A stretch of DNA of 64,000 bases from an uncultured Methanosarcinaceae archaeon (GTDB taxonomy: Archaea > Halobacteriota > Methanosarcinia > Methanosarcinales > Methanosarcinaceae): assembly GCA_963733675.1 (NCBI GenBank), contig CAVTET010000001.1:224001-288000 (forward strand), in the 5' to 3' direction. A model generated the notes under the pieces. It worked only from the letters and a program-made list of their open reading frames with translations. It searched no databases and was not told the origin of the DNA. The translations under genes were made by a program, and so were the position numbers. Positions 24,403 to 35,480 of the stretch are shown piece by piece; position 1 is the first letter of the stretch; every line of letters begins with the position of its first letter.

Positions 24403-25143
24403 ATGGAGGAAATTGAGGAAATAGTGCAGGAGGAAAAAGAAGCACAGGATTCTCCTGAAAAAAATATTGTGACTGAAGCAAAACCTGCACCTGAAAGGGA
24501 AGCCATCGCAAAAACCAGATCTACACCTGTAGAATCTGACAACGAAGCTTCTGCTAAAGAGGGGAGTACATCCCTTGTGGCCATTGATGAATACCTGGCA
24601 GCAGGTGTCCACATCGGAACCCAGCAGAAGACTCAGGATATGATGCGCTTCGTATACAGGGTCAGAACCGACGGTTTATATGTGCTTGATATCCAGTCAA
24701 CAGATGAAAGAATCAAAGTTGCATCAAAATTGCTATCTCATTACGATCTATCAAGAATTCTTGTTGTTTCTTCAAGACAGTACGGTCAATATCCTGCGAG
24801 GATGTTTTCTAGGGCTCTTGCTACCAGGGCAATGCTTGGAAGATTCATTCCTGGTTCTCTTACAAATCCACAAATCTATGGCTTTTTTGAGCCCGAAGTT
24901 GTGATTGTGACAGATCCTGCAGGAGATGCCCAGGTTCTGAAGGAAGCTTCAAGTATTGGAGTACCTGTTATAGCACTTTGCGACACTAACAATCTGATTT
25001 CAAACGTGGATCTTGTAATCCCAACGAACAATAAAGGTCGAAAAGCTCTTTCCCTTGTTTACTGGTTGCTTGCAAGGGAAGTCTCCAGGCTCAATGGTAC
25101 TCCTTTCAATTACGAGTTGACTGACTTTGAAACTCCTCTCTGA
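24403..25143 (+). CDS. rps2: 30S ribosomal protein S2
   Basis: [17 protein letters not shown] and IPTNNKG; acidic N-terminal extension. Confidence 0.97.
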   Translation: MEEIEEIVQEEKEAQDSPEKNIVTEAKPAPEREAIAKTRSTPVESDNEASAKEGSTSLVAIDEYLAAGVHIGTQQKTQDMMRFVYRVRTDGLYVLDIQSTDERIKVASKLLSHYDLSRILVVSSRQYGQYPARMFSRALATRAMLGRFIPGSLTNPQIYGFFEPEVVIVTDPAGDAQVLKEASSIGVPVIALCDTNNLISNVDLVIPTNNKGRKALSLVYWLLAREVSRLNGTPFNYELTDFETPL

Positions 25144-25215
25144 TACCAAAAGACACACCTGCATACTTGCAAGGATATATAAAAAAACGATCCATATCTA
25201 ATATGGTGATTTTAA

Positions 25216-26013
25216 ATGAGAAGGCCAGCAGTTGCAGGGCAGTTTTATCCCCTTAATCCTGAATATCTAGAAGAAGAACTCAAGAGATGTTTTAAAGGTC
25301 TGGAAATCCGGGAACGAGACGTTCTCGGGGCTGTTTGTCCACATGCAGGGTATGTCTATTCTGGGAAAGTAGCTGCGAGTGTCTATGCGACCCTCCCTAA
25401 AGCTGATACCTATGTTCTTATTGGTCCCAATCATACTGGATATGGTTCACCTGTGTCTCTATCCAAAGACACATGGGAGACTCCTTTGGGAATTGTAGAA
25501 GTTGATTTAAGACTTGCTGATGGATTTTTAGGAAGCATCGTTGATGTGGACGAGCTTGGACACAGATACGAACATTCTATTGAAGTGCAGATCCCTTTTC
25601 TCCAATATCTTTTTGGAAGATCTTTAAGGATACTTCCCATTTGTATGGGTATGCAGGATGAAGAGACTGCAGTTGAGGTAGGAAACCTTGCTGCTAATCT
25701 TGTTTCAAAAAGTGGGGAAAAAGTTGTCTTCATAGCTTCGAGTGATTTTACTCATTACCAGCCTGCAGAGATTGCAAAGAAAATAGATAGTGAAGTCATT
25801 GAGGCTATTCTGAATCAAGACGTATCCGAAATGTATGACCTGCTCTACAAGAGAAACGCGTCTGTCTGCGGATATGGCCCAATTGCCGCGATGCTTACAG
25901 CATCTAAGAAGCTTGGGGGAAAACGAGCCACTCTTATTAATTATGAAAACAGTGGGGCTGTTTCAGGAGATATGAATGCAGTTGTAGGATATGCCGCGAT
26001 TATTGTGGAATAA
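25216..26013 (+). CDS. MEMO1-family protein
   Basis: RRPAVAGQFYP, PHAGYVYSG, EHSIEVQ, SSDFTHY and CGYGP. Confidence 0.92.
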   Translation: MRRPAVAGQFYPLNPEYLEEELKRCFKGLEIRERDVLGAVCPHAGYVYSGKVAASVYATLPKADTYVLIGPNHTGYGSPVSLSKDTWETPLGIVEVDLRLADGFLGSIVDVDELGHRYEHSIEVQIPFLQYLFGRSLRILPICMGMQDEETAVEVGNLAANLVSKSGEKVVFIASSDFTHYQPAEIAKKIDSEVIEAILNQDVSEMYDLLYKRNASVCGYGPIAAMLTASKKLGGKRATLINYENSGAVSGDMNAVVGYAAIIVE

Positions 26014-26219
26014 GAGAAGTTCTACGGAAAATTAAATCCACTAGTTTTAAATGCTATTGAAAACCGAATAGTTATAGTCACTTATGTCTGGGTAAGTTTT
26101 TTAGGTACGTTACTTTTATTTAACTGCATACTAGTCTATAAAATTCAATTCCAAATTCAAAATAATTAATCGATTCCGTCATATATTTAAACCAAAATTA
26201 AAAATTACAGAGGAGTAGG

Positions 26220-27125
26220 ATGGTTTCGTGTTCTGCGCCTGGGAAAATCTATATTTTCGGAGAACATGCGGTCGTTTATGGAGAAACCGCAATAGCATGT
26301 GCAGTTGATCTGAGAACACGAGTGAGGGTAGAACTTAACGATTCGATAATAATTCAATCGAAAATTGGCAGGACAGGTATTGATTTGGAAAAACATCCCT
26401 ACATCACCTCAGTTATCGAGAAAATGAGGGAAAATACGCCGATAAAAGGTGTTTTTATAGAAATTGATTCCGAAATCGCCATGGGTTCTGGACTCGGATC
26501 ATCTGCTGCGGTGACGATAGCTAGTATAGGCGCTCTCAATGAAATGTTTGGATGCGGCCTTTCTCTTGAAAAGATTGCACAACTTGGCCATGAAATAGAG
26601 CTTCAGGTCCAGGGAGTTGCAAGCCCCACTGATACTTATGTCTCTACATTCGGAGGAGTTGTTACAATTCCGGAAAGGAGAAAACTGAGAATTCCAGACT
26701 GCGGAATTGTGATCGGAAACACAGGAATTTTTTCTTCTACAAAGGAGCTTGTCGCAAATGTCAGGAAGCTCTATGAAGGTTATCCCGAATTGATCAAGCC
26801 TCTAATGGCTTCTATTGGTAAAATATCTCGAATAGGGGAACCTCTTGTCCAGGCAGGTGACTATCTCTCTATTGGCAGACTTATGAATGTAAATCAAGGA
26901 CTTTTAGATGCCTTGGGAGTAAATATTATTGAGCTCTCTAGCTTAATTTACTCATCCAGGAGAGCTGGGGCCTTTGGAGCTAAGATTACAGGCGCTGGCG
27001 GTGGAGGATGTATGTTTGCACTCACGTCACCTGATAAATGCGAACAGGTTGGTGAAGCCATTTCAAAAGCAGGGGGGAAAGTGACCATTACAAAACCAAC
27101 TAAACAGGGCCTGAAATTACACTAA
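26220..27125 (+). CDS. mvk: Mevalonate kinase
   Basis: APGKIYIFGEHAVVYG, GSGLGSSAA and KITGAGGGG. Confidence 0.95.
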   Translation: MVSCSAPGKIYIFGEHAVVYGETAIACAVDLRTRVRVELNDSIIIQSKIGRTGIDLEKHPYITSVIEKMRENTPIKGVFIEIDSEIAMGSGLGSSAAVTIASIGALNEMFGCGLSLEKIAQLGHEIELQVQGVASPTDTYVSTFGGVVTIPERRKLRIPDCGIVIGNTGIFSSTKELVANVRKLYEGYPELIKPLMASIGKISRIGEPLVQAGDYLSIGRLMNVNQGLLDALGVNIIELSSLIYSSRRAGAFGAKITGAGGGGCMFALTSPDKCEQVGEAISKAGGKVTITKPTKQGLKLH

Positions 27126-27208
27126 GCAGTTCGAATTTTCACCTAATTATTTAGTGATTATTCATAAAAGAAATTAAAAATTATTTAAAAGGCATTAAGT
27201 GATAGGGA

Positions 27209-27991
27209 ATGGTAGTATTAACAGAAACTGTTATCTTGAAGCTTGGTGGCAGCGTTATTACTGACAAAAACGCAGATGAAGGAGTTGTAAGAGCATCTGA
27301 ACTCCTAAGGATTGCACAGGAACTTTCCGAATTTAGAGGAAATATGATTATTGTGCATGGTGCTGGTTCGTTTGGGCATACCTACGCCAGAAAATATGGG
27401 CTTGACAGAATTTTTAATCTTAAAGGAGCTATTGTAACCCATGAGTCAGTTAAAAAACTGGCTTCTACTGTGGTATATTCTCTGAACCGCTTCGAAGTTC
27501 GTGCTGTGGCTGTACATCCTATGGGCTGTATAGTTTGCAGAAAAGGACGCATAGAGAGCATGTACCTTGACAGCATAAAGCTCATGCTCAAGAACGGTTT
27601 TGTCCCGGTACTGCACGGAGATATTGTTATGGATCTTGAATTCGGGACCTGTGTCCTCTCAGGTGACCAGATAGTTCCTTACATTGCAAAGGAGCTAGGA
27701 GTCACCAGGCTTGGACTGGGGTCTGCAGAGGATGGGGTGCTCGATAAAAATGGAGAAACTGTACCTGAGATTACACCTAAGAAATTTGAACAATTAAAAA
27801 AATATATAGGAAGCTCGGAAAGTACTGATGTTACAGGCGGCATGCTCGGGAAGGTACAGGAACTTCTGGAACTTAGCAAAACATCTTGTATTACTTCGTA
27901 TATATTCAATGCAGGAAAGGCAGATAACATATACAAATTCTTGAATGGCGAATCCATAGGGACCAAAATTAGTCCGGATGAAATGGTATGA
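27209..27991 (+). CDS. ipk: Isopentenyl phosphate kinase
   Basis: LKLGGSVITDK, VHGAGSFGH, LSGD and DVTGGM; lies between mvk and fni. Confidence 0.92.
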   Translation: MVVLTETVILKLGGSVITDKNADEGVVRASELLRIAQELSEFRGNMIIVHGAGSFGHTYARKYGLDRIFNLKGAIVTHESVKKLASTVVYSLNRFEVRAVAVHPMGCIVCRKGRIESMYLDSIKLMLKNGFVPVLHGDIVMDLEFGTCVLSGDQIVPYIAKELGVTRLGLGSAEDGVLDKNGETVPEITPKKFEQLKKYIGSSESTDVTGGMLGKVQELLELSKTSCITSYIFNAGKADNIYKFLNGESIGTKISPDEMV

Positions 27992-27994
27992 AAT

Positions 27995-29092
27995 ATGATC
28001 AATAATACCTCAAGGCGAAAGATCGAACACTTGAGAATATGTGTTAAAAACCAGGTGGAATCGCAAAATATCAGTGCGGGCTTTGAGGATGTGATGCTTA
28101 TCCACAGGGCTCTTCCGGAACTCGATATGGATAAGATAGATCTATCTGTGGACCTTCTAGGAAAACATCTACAGGCTCCTTTTTTGATTGCCTCAATCAC
28201 TGGAGGGCACCCAGACACTATTCCAATTAATGCTGCACTTGCATCTGCAACTGAAGAACTGGGATTGGGAATAGGAGTTGGCAGCCAGAGAGCCGCTATT
28301 GATGATTCTTCCCAAGAAGAATCTTTCAGGATTGTAAGGGAAAAAGCTCCTAATGCCTTTGTTTACGGAAATGTGGGCGCTGCTCAGATCCGCAAGTATG
28401 GAGTTGATGGAGTTGAAAAACTTGTCGAAATGATTGATGCCGATGCTATTGCCATTCATCTTAACTTCCTACAGGAAGCCATCCAGGCAGAAGGAGATCG
28501 AGATGCAACTGGTTGTCTGAACATGATTAGAGAGATTTGTTCTGTACTGAATACCCCAGTAATGGTCAAAGAGACAGGAGCTGGAATTTCAAATGAAGAC
28601 GCCCTTCTCCTCCAGAAAGCAGGCGTTTCTGCAATTGATGTTGGGGGTGTAGGTGGCACAAGCTGGGCAGGAGTTGAAGCCTATAGGGCTAGAGAACGTG
28701 GAGATTTGGTCTCAGAACATATGGGGAGACTTTTTTGGGATTTTGGGATCCCCACAGTCGCCAGCATTATAGAATCCAGGGTTTCCCTCCCAATTATCGC
28801 AACCGGTGGAGTCAGGTCAGGACTTGATATTGCTAAATCAATTGCTCTTGGAGCCAGTGCGGCAAGTGCAGCTATGCCCTTTGTGGACCCTGCATTTAAA
28901 GGGAAAGAAGCCGTTGTGAGTATCCTCTCTCGAATGCTGAACGAGTTTAGAGCCTCAATGTTTCTTTGCGGCTGTGCAAATATACAGGATCTGCGTAATA
29001 CACCTGTAGTCGTTACTGGTTGGACTCTTGAGTATCTTGGCCAGCGTGGTTTTAACTTAAAAGACTATGCCATGTTAAGGGAAACACTTTAA
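27995..29092 (+). CDS. fni: Type 2 isopentenyl-diphosphate isomerase
   Basis: RRKIEHL, GVGSQR, HLNFLQE, VKETGAG and GGTSW. Confidence 0.96.
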   Translation: MINNTSRRKIEHLRICVKNQVESQNISAGFEDVMLIHRALPELDMDKIDLSVDLLGKHLQAPFLIASITGGHPDTIPINAALASATEELGLGIGVGSQRAAIDDSSQEESFRIVREKAPNAFVYGNVGAAQIRKYGVDGVEKLVEMIDADAIAIHLNFLQEAIQAEGDRDATGCLNMIREICSVLNTPVMVKETGAGISNEDALLLQKAGVSAIDVGGVGGTSWAGVEAYRARERGDLVSEHMGRLFWDFGIPTVASIIESRVSLPIIATGGVRSGLDIAKSIALGASAASAAMPFVDPAFKGKEAVVSILSRMLNEFRASMFLCGCANIQDLRNTPVVVTGWTLEYLGQRGFNLKDYAMLRETL

Positions 29093-29665
29093 GGTACTAC
29101 ATAGGTGTTGTTGCCTTGTATCGCATTTTTATTGAAATTTGCATCATGTAGGTAAGGTATTAGTTCAACAAAAACTTGTCACATGACAATATTTATACAT
29201 ACTATGAAAGTAATGTTTCTGAATAAATCGTTAATATAAACTGAGCAACAGTTCGTGCCTATCAGGGAAAATTAGGATAGGCAGTTTATGCTTTATATCA
29301 AGGAAAAATTAATTTAATTATCATCATTTAGGGCTGCATGAAAAATAGTATATCCGTCTTTATCATAAATTACCTGGGTAATGTCAGGATAATTCAAAAT
29401 TTATCGAAAAATTTGAAAGTAATTACCTTAAAAATTTATTGATCATTACAATCCCAATTCATCGTAATCATAATTTATAATAAATAAGTACAAGCAAAGA
29501 ATTTATTTCATCGTTGCTAAGGCTCAGGTCATTGAATATAAGTCACTTTTTAGTGAAGCAAGTAATTCATAAAGGTCATTAATTAAGAATCGCCTTAATA
29601 AGTCATCAAAATAAGAATAATTTAAGAAAGAATGATTTAGTGAGAATAATAATTAAAGAATAATA

Positions 29666-29754
29666 GAGCAGTTCAATAAATTCCAATTAATAGCCGATTG
29701 CTTATAAAGCATATATAGGTAACTTGTTGAAATAAGAGATTTATCGAAATTCTC
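29666..29754. mobile_element. MITE of about 90 bp (family B)
   Basis: Imperfect TIRs GAGCAGTTCAATAAA and TTTATCGAAATTCTC, flanked by a 4-bp AATA duplication. Confidence 0.65.
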
Positions 29755-30242
29755 AATAGTATTTGGGGAAGGTACGCAAAAGAGACATATTGATTGGATT
29801 AATATCCCGGCACTTATCTTTGAGGGTAGTGATGATTTTTCAAAATAATTACAAAAGTACCGGATTGAAAGTAGTCCCTTGATTTTGACAAAAGCTGGGA
29901 AGTATATATTAGCTAACAAATGTATGATACGCACATATAAATGTAAAGAAATATAGTGCTATAGAAATACACACTTATATATAAATTAGATATATACATA
30001 TATTTATTTACATATACCACTATACCTAGCCCAATCAATCTGCAAGATATTTAGTCAGATTCATTTAATAAATGAATGGATTTCTCCCCAGTAAGTGCTT
30101 AAGAAGTGGCTGTTCTAAGGCTGATTCCAAATTATCTTACTATATTGTTTGCATTCAGAGTCATTGCTTTAGACCGTTATCTGATATATTTTTTTAGGTT
30201 TCGGTTTCAAAGGGATAAAAATTCAAATAAGAGGTTAAAAAT

Positions 30243-31586
30243 ATGACTGAAATAGGAATTGTTGCAATCGGCGGCTATAATGAGATGGGCCGCAATATGA
30301 CGGCAGTCGTCGTAGGTGAAGACGTCATTATTCTAGACATGGGACTTCGGCTTGATAGAGTCCAGATTCACGAAGACGTCGAAATTGACAAAATGCATTC
30401 TCTCGAACTGATCGAAATGGGTGCAATTCCTGATGATACTATCATGAAAGAAATCAATGGAACTGTTCGAGCAATTGTGTGTACTCACGGGCATCTTGAT
30501 CATGTAGGGGCGATTCCAAAACTTGCCCATAGGTACAATGCTCCTATTTTAGCTACCCCCTATACTGCAGTTATTATAAAGCAACAAATCGAAGCTGAGC
30601 GCAAGTTCGAGGTTTGCAATAGGGTTATTTCTCTCAATGCGGGTGGGACTTACCAGGTCACAAACGAAATCTCCATAGAATTCATCTGCGTTCAGCACAG
30701 TATTATAGACTGTGTTATTGCAGCTATTCACACTCCAGTTGGAGCAGTCCTTTATGCCTGCGACTTCAAACTGGATAGGACTCCAACAATTGGTAGTGCT
30801 CCGGATTTCGAACGCATCAAATCTCTTGGAAAGGAAGGAGTGATTACAATGATTGTAGAGAGCACAAATGCCGGACGTTCAGGAAAAACTCCTTCGGAAC
30901 AAATTGCAAAGGATATGGTAAGGGACGTACTTCTCGGAACAGAAGAAGCTAATGTCGGGATGATAATTACAACCTTTGCCTCTCATATTGCCAGGCTGAA
31001 AGCTATTATTGAAGCAGCTGAGGAAATGGGCAGAATTCCTGTACTTATGGGGCGTTCAATGGAGCGCTATTTTGGAGCTGCAAAAGATGTTGGCTATCTT
31101 GAGTTACCTTCAAATGTAGAGATCTACGGCCTCAGGAAAGACATCGATCGTGCCTTTAAACGCATCATGCAGGAGGGTAAAAATAAGTACCTCCCAATCG
31201 TTACCGGTCACCAGGGAGAACCAGGTTCAATCCTTGTGCGCGTTGCGAATGGTGAAACTCCCTATGCAATCGAACCAGGAGACAGGGTCATTTTCTCTGC
31301 AAACGTAATCCCAAGCCCGATGACTCAGGCAAACCGCTATGCTCTTGAAACCAAACTCAGAATGAGAGGTGCCAGGATATATGACAATGTGCATGTATCA
31401 GGGCATGCATATAGGGAAGACCACTGGGAGCTTCTGAGAATGGTGAATCCGGAACATGTAATCCCTGCACATGGTGATCTAGAGATGCACGGGCACTACA
31501 TAGAGTTGGCTGAAGACGCCGGGTATGTACTAGGAAGTACAGTACATCTTCTAAGAAACGGTGAAGTGCTGTATATCGAAGAATAA
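30243..31586 (+). CDS. rnj: Ribonuclease J (beta-CASP)
   Basis: GGYNEMGRNM, THGHLDHVG, VESTN, HVSGHA and PAHG. Confidence 0.95.
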   Translation: MTEIGIVAIGGYNEMGRNMTAVVVGEDVIILDMGLRLDRVQIHEDVEIDKMHSLELIEMGAIPDDTIMKEINGTVRAIVCTHGHLDHVGAIPKLAHRYNAPILATPYTAVIIKQQIEAERKFEVCNRVISLNAGGTYQVTNEISIEFICVQHSIIDCVIAAIHTPVGAVLYACDFKLDRTPTIGSAPDFERIKSLGKEGVITMIVESTNAGRSGKTPSEQIAKDMVRDVLLGTEEANVGMIITTFASHIARLKAIIEAAEEMGRIPVLMGRSMERYFGAAKDVGYLELPSNVEIYGLRKDIDRAFKRIMQEGKNKYLPIVTGHQGEPGSILVRVANGETPYAIEPGDRVIFSANVIPSPMTQANRYALETKLRMRGARIYDNVHVSGHAYREDHWELLRMVNPEHVIPAHGDLEMHGHYIELAEDAGYVLGSTVHLLRNGEVLYIEE

Positions 31587-31622
31587 TTGCATAAGAAGTA
31601 TATTCCTATCCCTGTGATGTAT

Positions 31623-32588
31623 ATGACGCTGACTGATGAGATCAGAAAAAGAAGCATCCATGTAGATGCCGCAATTGATGAGCTACTTCCGATAACTCAC
31701 CCTGAAGAACTTTACAAAGCCTCTCGCTACTTGGTAGATGCTGGAGGAAAACGTCTCCGGCCAGCAGTACTTATTTTGGCAGCTGAAGCTGTAGGGTCAA
31801 ATTTAAAATCTGTTTTACCGACTGCAGTAGCCGTGGAACTTGTACATAATTTCACCTTGATCCATGATGACATAATGGACAAAGACGATATCCGTAGGGG
31901 AATGCCTGCGGTCCATAAAATATGGGGTGAAGCAGGTGCGATTCTTGCAGGAGATACCCTTTATTCAAGAGCTTTCCAGATCATGTCAAAGGTTGAAAAT
32001 GAACCTATAAGGATTTTGAAATGCATTGATATCCTCTCAAAGACCTGTACTGAAATATGTGAAGGCCAGTGGCTTGATATTGAATTTGAGAATAGAGAAA
32101 GGGTTACAGAATGCGAATATATTGAGATGGTGGAAAAAAAGACATCCGTTCTTTACGCAGCTGCAGCCAAGATCGGAGCTCTTCTAGGAGGAGCTTCTGA
32201 TGAAGTTGCAGAGGCATTATCCGAGTATGGACGCCTTATAGGAATCGGTTTCCAGATGTATGATGACGTTCTGGACATGGTCACTCCACAGGAAGTGCTC
32301 GGAAAAGTAAGAGGTAGCGACCTTATGGAAGGGAAGCATACTCTTATCGTAATCGACGCATTCGCGAAAGATGTAAAACTAGACATATTCGGCAAAGGAA
32401 AAGCTACTCTGGAAGAAACGAATGAAACCGTCAGGATTCTAACAGAGTGCGGATCCATTGATTACGTAAAGAATCTTGCAATTTCATACATCAACGAGGG
32501 CAAATCAAAACTAGATGCTCTGGGAGACTGCCCTGAAAAAGAGATTCTTCTCCAGATCGCAGACTACATGATTACAAGGGAGTATTAA
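31623..32588 (+). CDS. idsA: Geranylgeranyl diphosphate synthase
   Basis: GGKRLRP, LIHDDIMD..DIRRG, GQWLD, KTS and FQMYDDVLD. Start uncertain (31587, 31617 or 31623). Confidence 0.93.
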   Translation: MTLTDEIRKRSIHVDAAIDELLPITHPEELYKASRYLVDAGGKRLRPAVLILAAEAVGSNLKSVLPTAVAVELVHNFTLIHDDIMDKDDIRRGMPAVHKIWGEAGAILAGDTLYSRAFQIMSKVENEPIRILKCIDILSKTCTEICEGQWLDIEFENRERVTECEYIEMVEKKTSVLYAAAAKIGALLGGASDEVAEALSEYGRLIGIGFQMYDDVLDMVTPQEVLGKVRGSDLMEGKHTLIVIDAFAKDVKLDIFGKGKATLEETNETVRILTECGSIDYVKNLAISYINEGKSKLDALGDCPEKEILLQIADYMITREY

Positions 32589-33159
32589 ATAGGGAACTCT
32601 CAAATAACCGGAGCTTTCAGAGAATATGTGGTTAATTTGGGCTTCATAGCCCTTGTTTCAACAATTTTTTTTCAACTATTTCCCTCATTCATATTCATGA
32701 TCAAAAAGTTTGATTTAATGCCTTATGAATGAGATTTCTGCTCCAGTGCCAAAACATATTGAAAAACTTCTGGAAGTTCAGGTAACTTGAAAATTCACAA
32801 ATGTGGCATTAAGGCAATCTGCATCTTCAAACAATTTTCCAGAACATTGTATCTCATTCTCTGAGACGTAAACTCGCCAATAGGTAAGGAAGAAAAGTAA
32901 GCTTAAAAACTGCAAATAAGACGTATGAGTATAGAACTTCTGGTTCGGATATGGAGTTTTAAAAACGCCGTAGTAAAATTTATCAGTCTGCTCAGACAGT
33001 ACATTACCAACTGGCTCATATACTCAGTAAAATTTCACCCATTTTCACGATTTTTGCAAAAAAGTAATGTTGAAAATTTATCTTTTTCTGACGCAGTATT
33101 CATCTCAATTCCCAGTTGCCAAAATAATTAAAAAAATCACTTGAAATTGCATTAAGGGC

Positions 33160-34780
33160 GATGAGTAATCTTCCATTTTCCATGGATTTAAATTACCCCT
33201 TTCATAATCCGTGGAAAAGTAAGAGTATTTTGAATTATGCTGAAAAAGGAGGAAATGTTTTTGATGCGAGTTTAAACTTATAAAACTTGAGCATCAATTA
33301 CACTTCTAGGAAGAAAAAGCAAACTAGATCTTTTCAAACCTTACAGATCTGAAAAACTTGATTAAAGCTTCTATACTGCTACTCGACTCTATCTAGAAAT
33401 CAAATAAATTGATTTTGAGGGAGGAAAAACTATCTTCAAAGGCTTTATTAAGAGAAGTCAGACCAAAAAGGGGTATCTGCTGTACTCAGCTATGAAAATA
33501 GAGCAGGAATCTCAGCTCAGGTAGAACTGATAGAAATGGGAGCAATTGAAATTGATGGAGAGGAAAAACTATTTTGCTTCAACCTGATTCTTGGATATTT
33601 CAGGATGATGTACTTTGAATTTACACTGAGAATAGATCCCCTCTATCTCATCAAGTAGGACGTATTTGAGTACTTTGGAGAATCAAAGGAGATACTCTAT
33701 GCAAACATGAAACCGGTTATAATCAGAAGAGCCGTAATAATCCAGATTCGGAATATACCCACAGTTCAATGATTTTTTTGTTCAAGCATTAAGGATCCTA
33801 CCCAGCTTATGTAAGCCTTGTAGGCCTCAGACAAACGGCAATATTGAAAATATAGAAGGGGGGGTCAAGAGGGGGAGATCCCCTCTTGGGAAAATGTTCA
33901 CCTCTTTTCGAATACCTGAACTCCAAGTTCACAAATCATTGAAAAGGGTAAATTCAACTGACCACTAAGTTCCCTATAAAATAATTTTGAACTTTATTGA
34001 GGAGTAGAACTGAACCCTTTGGGTTAGGTTCCTCATTATAAATTAGTCCATCAGAAAACCAGAAAAATCCCAACGGACTTTTTTATTACTTCTCTTTAGA
34101 ACAAATATTTTGTTTCTTACAGGTTTTCAGGAAAAAGCACAGAGATTCAGATACTCGAAGGAAATGTAGAAGTCTATATTCATTACGAAACTTTTGTGAA
34201 CAGGGAACAATTCTGGAAAATATGGACTTGCAAGAAAAAGGAACATTTCCTGGGCCTTCGAAGTGAGATCTTGAAGATTACTTTAAAATGCCATGAAATT
34301 TCGCAGATTCAATTGAACTTTTCAGGCTCCGAAGTTGAAGAGTGGTCTTTTGAAGTTTATGAAATTTTCAGTGGAGGAAGTTCATCATGAACAAATTCAT
34401 CTATTAAATACTTCACAATGACCTTCATTACCCAAAAACAAATACTAATGAAAAGGCCCTAAACAACTTCCTTAAAATTGGTACAAGGGGCAGCAAAAAA
34501 CAATTGAAATTTTTGATTTTTTTGAAAAAGAAAAAAAGCAGATATAAAATATTGAAACTGAGTGAATAATGAAAAGTGCCATTCTTTCTGTGAAAAGCCC
34601 ATAGAAGAAATTTATTTTGAGTTTCACTTGTATATTGATAAAAAAATCATCGACAACTTTGTAACCTTGAAATTTATACTTAATGCAAGAAATGTTGTTT
34701 TGTTCTAACCTTTCGGAGTTGGAAAATCACACATTATAATTGTTCTTGAAATTGAAGCAGTAAAGTAAGTATTTCTGTTT
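33160..34780 (+). mobile_element. IS21-family remnant (istA + istB pseudogenes)
   Basis: istA-like KLFCFNLILGYFRMMYFEFT and CKPCRPQTNGNIE; istB-like ARNVVLF*PFGVGKSH. Confidence 0.75.
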
Positions 34781-34802
34781 ATTGCTTCTGGAGTGCAGAG
34801 GG

Positions 34803-35255
34803 TCAAGAATCCCACGTTCTTTATTTAGGGGGTGAAGTGAACCCTCGAATCATTTTGTTTTCGTTTAATCCTCTAAATCATCGCTTTTTTCTAAAATATG
34901 TTTTTTTGGCACTATGGTAAAAGGTGATTTCACCCAGATATGACAGGGATTTAATACACATTGTGATTAAATAGCTTTAGCCATAGTTATGGCCAGATCA
35001 TCTATTAAATAGTGTTTGTTCCTAAGTATTGACTCAATATTAATACTCAATAATCGAATTAAAAAATATTGCATGTCTATCTTCACTACTTTTTACGTGG
35101 AGCAAGGCTATGAATTAATACTATGGAAGTTGGAGAATATCAAGTTCACTTATTACTGGAATTCAATCCAGAAAAATCGGTATAAGAAGTAGCTCAATAC
35201 TTGAAGGGAGGTAGTTCTCACAGACTTTTCGGGCTTTATCCTGAACTGAAATAAA
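34803..35255 (+). mobile_element. IS200/IS605 end plus tnpA remnant
   Basis: End motif AATCCCACG..GGGGGTGAAG; SHSYGQII..IVFVPKY, MEVGEYQVH and QYLKGGSS fragments. Confidence 0.7.
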
Positions 35256-35480
35256 CCAAAAAAATATAAGGCAACCAGAGCATAATTTTGAGATGTCTTC
35301 TAACTCTCGATTTTAGTTTGTGGGTAAAAATGAAAATATTTTATAAAAAGTAGTATATATTCTCCGCAAATTCTGACAAAAGAACATATACCGGACAGAT
35401 GCCAAGCACCAAGATACATATTTTTATTTATGTATCCATATTTGTGTCTGTAACTGTGGAAATAAGAAAAGTAAAATTTT

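Noticed and set aside
24403-24570. Acidic N-terminal extension of S2, and TRAM fusion on eIF2beta
   Set aside because: Recognised lineage features rather than novelties.
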